NCBI RefSeq assembly: GCF_018977255.1
Contig: NW_024705484.1
Coordinates: forward strand, 1-40,647
Direction: 5' to 3'
Length of the DNA: 40,647 nucleotides
Source of the DNA: Callorhinchus milii
Lineage: Eukaryota
Within the stretch, counting starts at the first letter, position 1; each line of letters opens with the position of its first letter. Of the stretch, positions 37,267 to 40,647 are shown piece after piece. The notes beneath the pieces were generated by a model. That model was not told the DNA's origin, searched no databases, and saw only the letters and a program-made list of their open reading frames with translations. The translations under genes and the position numbers were made by a program.

Positions 37267-38190
37267 ATGGGTATGTAACAACATTACACATCACACTATA
37301 CAGTACACTATGCACTGTCTATAACTCAGCTATAGTACATGGTGAGGGTATGTAACAACATTACACATCACACTATACAGCACACGATGCACTGTATGTA
37401 ACTCAGCTATAGTAGATGGTGAGGGTATGTAACAGCATTACACATCACACTATACAGCACACTATGCACTGTTTATAGCTCAGCTATAGTATATGGCAGG
37501 GGCGGTTTCTTCATTAGGGCGATTGGGCGACGCACCACCAATGTCATTCAACCACAGAGTCACGCTAGCCGTCACTGTCAGCCTCTGGATATAGTCCAAT
37601 CAGCGTCATGTCACGTTCTGTGGAGTACCGCCTCTTTTTGGGCGATTTCACTCCGGCTGAGAATCGCCCCGAGTGGCCCCATAGACTTACATTCAAAGAT
37701 GTTTTTTTTCGAACGGGGGCGCTGCAATGCATTCTCTATGGCTTCCGGGAGGGCATGCACTAACGTGCTTACGTCATCATACGTGCTAACGTCATCATAC
37801 GTAAGCACGTTTCATCCAACAATATAATTTATCGCCACCTAGTGGAATCTTTAATAAAATAAACTTGAGTGGTTTGTTTTAATAGTGAGTATATAAACAA
37901 ACAAGATGTATTGTAAGAGTCACTTTATTTTTCATTAATATTAAAGAAGTGAAGTTGCCTTTACATGCTTAAGCTGTTAATTTATTCATTGCATGGGTGG
38001 ACCTTATCCTTATCAATCATCCAGACATTTGCCCCCCCTGAGAGATTTTGCAGGAGCCGCCACTGGTATATGGTGAGGGTATGTAACAACATTACACAAC
38101 ACACTATACAGCACACTATGCACTGTCTATAACTCAGCTATAGTACATGGTGAGGGTATGTAACAGCATTACACATACACGTGTACTATA
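37267..38190. repeat. 77-bp minisatellite interrupted by a MITE
   Basis: Unit ggtgagggtatgtaacaacattacacatcacactatacag..ctcagctatagtacat at 37341, 37418, 38072 and 38149. Confidence 0.9.
37497..38065. mobile_element. hAT-superfamily MITE
   Basis: TIRs caggggcggtt / agccgccactg; perfect 8-bp TSD gtatatgg at 37489-37496 and 38066-38073. Confidence 0.9.
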
Positions 38191-39687
38191 TCTGAACTGT
38201 ACACAGCAGATAGTGTGATGTGTCATGTTATGGAAAACATCATTGCTTGGGTCTGGGTAACGGCCCCCCAGATAGTAAATATAAGCATACACTCACATAG
38301 CTACTCATTGGTGTGTTACACTCTCATTTAGATACAAATACAGACGCATTTACAACTCATTCATAAATATAAACACACTCGCATAGCTACTCAGTGGTGT
38401 GAGTTACACTGTTATAGGCACATGGAGAAACTGAAATGCACAAACATATATATCTGTGCAAATTCACACGTAATTTTAACATTGGAGAAAACTCACATTT
38501 ATTCATGACACTGTATGGCCTTAGAAGGTAGTACTGTATACAACAGGTGACGTTTCGAGCAACGGCCCCTCTTTACAGCACATTCCGAGCCCGGAAAAGT
38601 GTAGAGCGACTCTACGAATGTGCTGATATTGTTTCTTCGTGGTTATTTGTGCGCCACTGCCAAACGCAGCGTCGCAAAAAAATAATCGGTGATTTGAGAA
38701 CGGCTCGCCACGCTGCAGAAGCTGACGTTGTTATTTATTTATGAATTCGCTGTTGATCCGCTAAACTCTGCCACGTGCACACAGAGAGAAACGCGTGTGT
38801 GGGAACCAATTCCAACCCCTTACATTCACTCAAGCAACGATCATCAGAGTAAAAACCCAAACATGCACGCACTCATTCAGAATCGCAGTCCTGCTTTACC
38901 TCTAAATGATGTCCTATGAATAGGTCCGTTGCCTGAAACGTCGTTTAATGTTACTTTTAAGGTCCACGCAGTGTTATTTGATGAACGCGTTGAGTTATTT
39001 TGTGACAGCGAGAGAACGTCCCACATGAACCGTCAGTGCGCACCGCGCATTCGTGCGTTTGACTGCCCTCTGATGCTCGTGGGTGCGATGCCTTGCCTCT
39101 GTTCTTAGCTCTGTATCAATGTGTTTCAAGTTGTATATAAACGTAAACCGTGTAAGATGTAGATTTTAACGTTTTTTTGGAGTGATTAGATGTTAAGTGA
39201 TCATTGGTTTTTTACCCTTTTAACTGGCAACAAAACTGACACCTTTTTTACGAGGAGTCATGTTTGCATAGACCACACTACCTGCAGTCATAATGCAAAC
39301 AAAAAACATAACTCTGATAATGTATGCACTGACCTTGAAGTTGATTGGTCCACACCCGAGACAGCTTTCCTTAGAGCACGCTCCATGGGAGGAGAGGGAC
39401 CGGCGTCGCGCACGCGCTCGAAGTCACTCCCATTTCGTTAGCGCTGTTCTCATGTTGCCCCCGTTATCCTTTCTGTTACGCCACGCTTCGGTTGGCGCCC
39501 TAAGGTTGCGTTGTTCTTCATCTTACGTTGCACATTGTTCCGTGCCCTAATGTTTTTACCTTCGACCGCGCGTTGTTCAGCGCCCTAACAACCTTACTTC
39601 GTTGCGCGTCATTGGCGCCCGAAATGTTTAGTCGGGGGTTTGATGCATCGCCCTTCTCTCAGCCGAGACGGCTGAGGGGGGGGGTGA

Positions 39688-40102
39688 TGTAATGTGAGGT
39701 TACACCTGGATGATGATTGGCTCTGCCGGCCTCAGCCCGCAACCAATGGGGAGTCGAGCCAGGGGCGTGGCCCAGGAGCTGGACAGTATCTTCGGGAAAG
39801 TTCCAGGGGTGTGGCTGAGGATTGGCTACGTGGTATCACGTGGGCCAGGGATTATAAGGGGTGGAGAAAGACGGCACGTGGTCAGTGTGCGGAGGAACGA
39901 AGGGGGAAGCCACGTGGCTGGTGCCGTGGTCCGGAGCCAGCCATGTGGCGGGCCGCGGCAGTCTCTCTCTCTCTCCCTCACGCTGTCAGCCAGCAGCGTG
40001 AAGGAGCGAGGGAACCGAGTGTACGAATGCGGTGGAAGGCTGTGAACGGAAACGAATAAACAACTCTCAAGTCACGGCTTCGTCTGAACGGGGTTTATTA
40101 CA
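39688..40102 (+). mobile_element. 3' LTR of a Gypsy-like element
   Basis: TGTAAT..ATTACA termini, G-rich PPT immediately upstream, CCAAT and TATAA inside, AATAAA at 40055. Confidence 0.8.
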
Positions 40103-40185
40103 CCTGTGAAGGTATATGCTGTAGGTTTACAAATCGTACCGGTTTAATCTCAGGCTCAGCTTTGAGAGAGACACTTTCAAGCCTG

Positions 40186-40584
40186 TGTAATGCGAGCGTA
40201 GGCTGGGGCTTCGCCGCCCCAGCCCCTAAGCCATCGGTGGCAGGGTTCAAGGGTGGAGCCCGCGGGCGCTAGGGGGTGCTATTATCTGGAAAGTTCTTAA
40301 GGGGTGTGGTGAAGGGCGGAGTCTGGGTGACGCGGGAAGGGGCTCGTGGTCAGTTGGTCAGAGCTGGAAGCTGGACCACGTCGCGGGTCTCGCGAGCCAT
40401 CGGCCACGTGGCAACGTGGAGACGGCTCCCAGCGCGCCGTTTGCCAGCGGTGCGTGGAGCGGAGAAGCGGGGCACCAGCTCACACGACGCGGAACGTCCG
40501 AGAGAGCGGAACGCGAGCTGTCCAGATAACGAAGAAATAAACAGACGGAGACACAGTCGCTTGTCGTCGACCTGTTTTATTACA
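40186..40584 (+). mobile_element. Solo LTR
   Basis: TGTAAT..ATTACA termini, perfect 4-bp TSD cctg, AATAAA near the 3' end. Confidence 0.88.
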
Positions 40585-40647
40585 CCTGAATGACAATCTT
40601 GAATAAAGATTTTCAGATTTTATTTTTAATTCACCCGGAATATTTGG

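Overview
Eukaryotic, repeat-rich DNA that looks vertebrate (lamprey-like is a guess from the repeat families and the style of the TRIM gene). The only clear host gene is the 5' part of a RING-Bbox1-Bbox2-coiled-coil TRIM on the minus strand: exon 1 at 26735-27292 and a 96-bp exon 2 at 26171-26266. Its downstream exons are not visible. Around it are three further copies of its promoter, two degenerate TRIM-like 5' remnants and nested segmental duplications, which together suggest a decaying tandem TRIM cluster. The rest is LINE fragments (RTE, L2), tRNA-SINEs, LTRs, hAT MITEs, minisatellites and a 2.8-kb GTGAGT-rich satellite. The most interesting real signal is a family of Penelope-like element (PLE) ends carrying minimal type I hammerhead ribozymes: one with an intact core at 37175-37215, several degenerate ones, and two large palindromes cut inside the ribozyme core. 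About 18.5 kb (4341 to ~22880) looks statistically random and unlike its flanks. I could support no feature there, and it may be artificial or an assembly artefact. I did not find a convincing novel multi-gene system.
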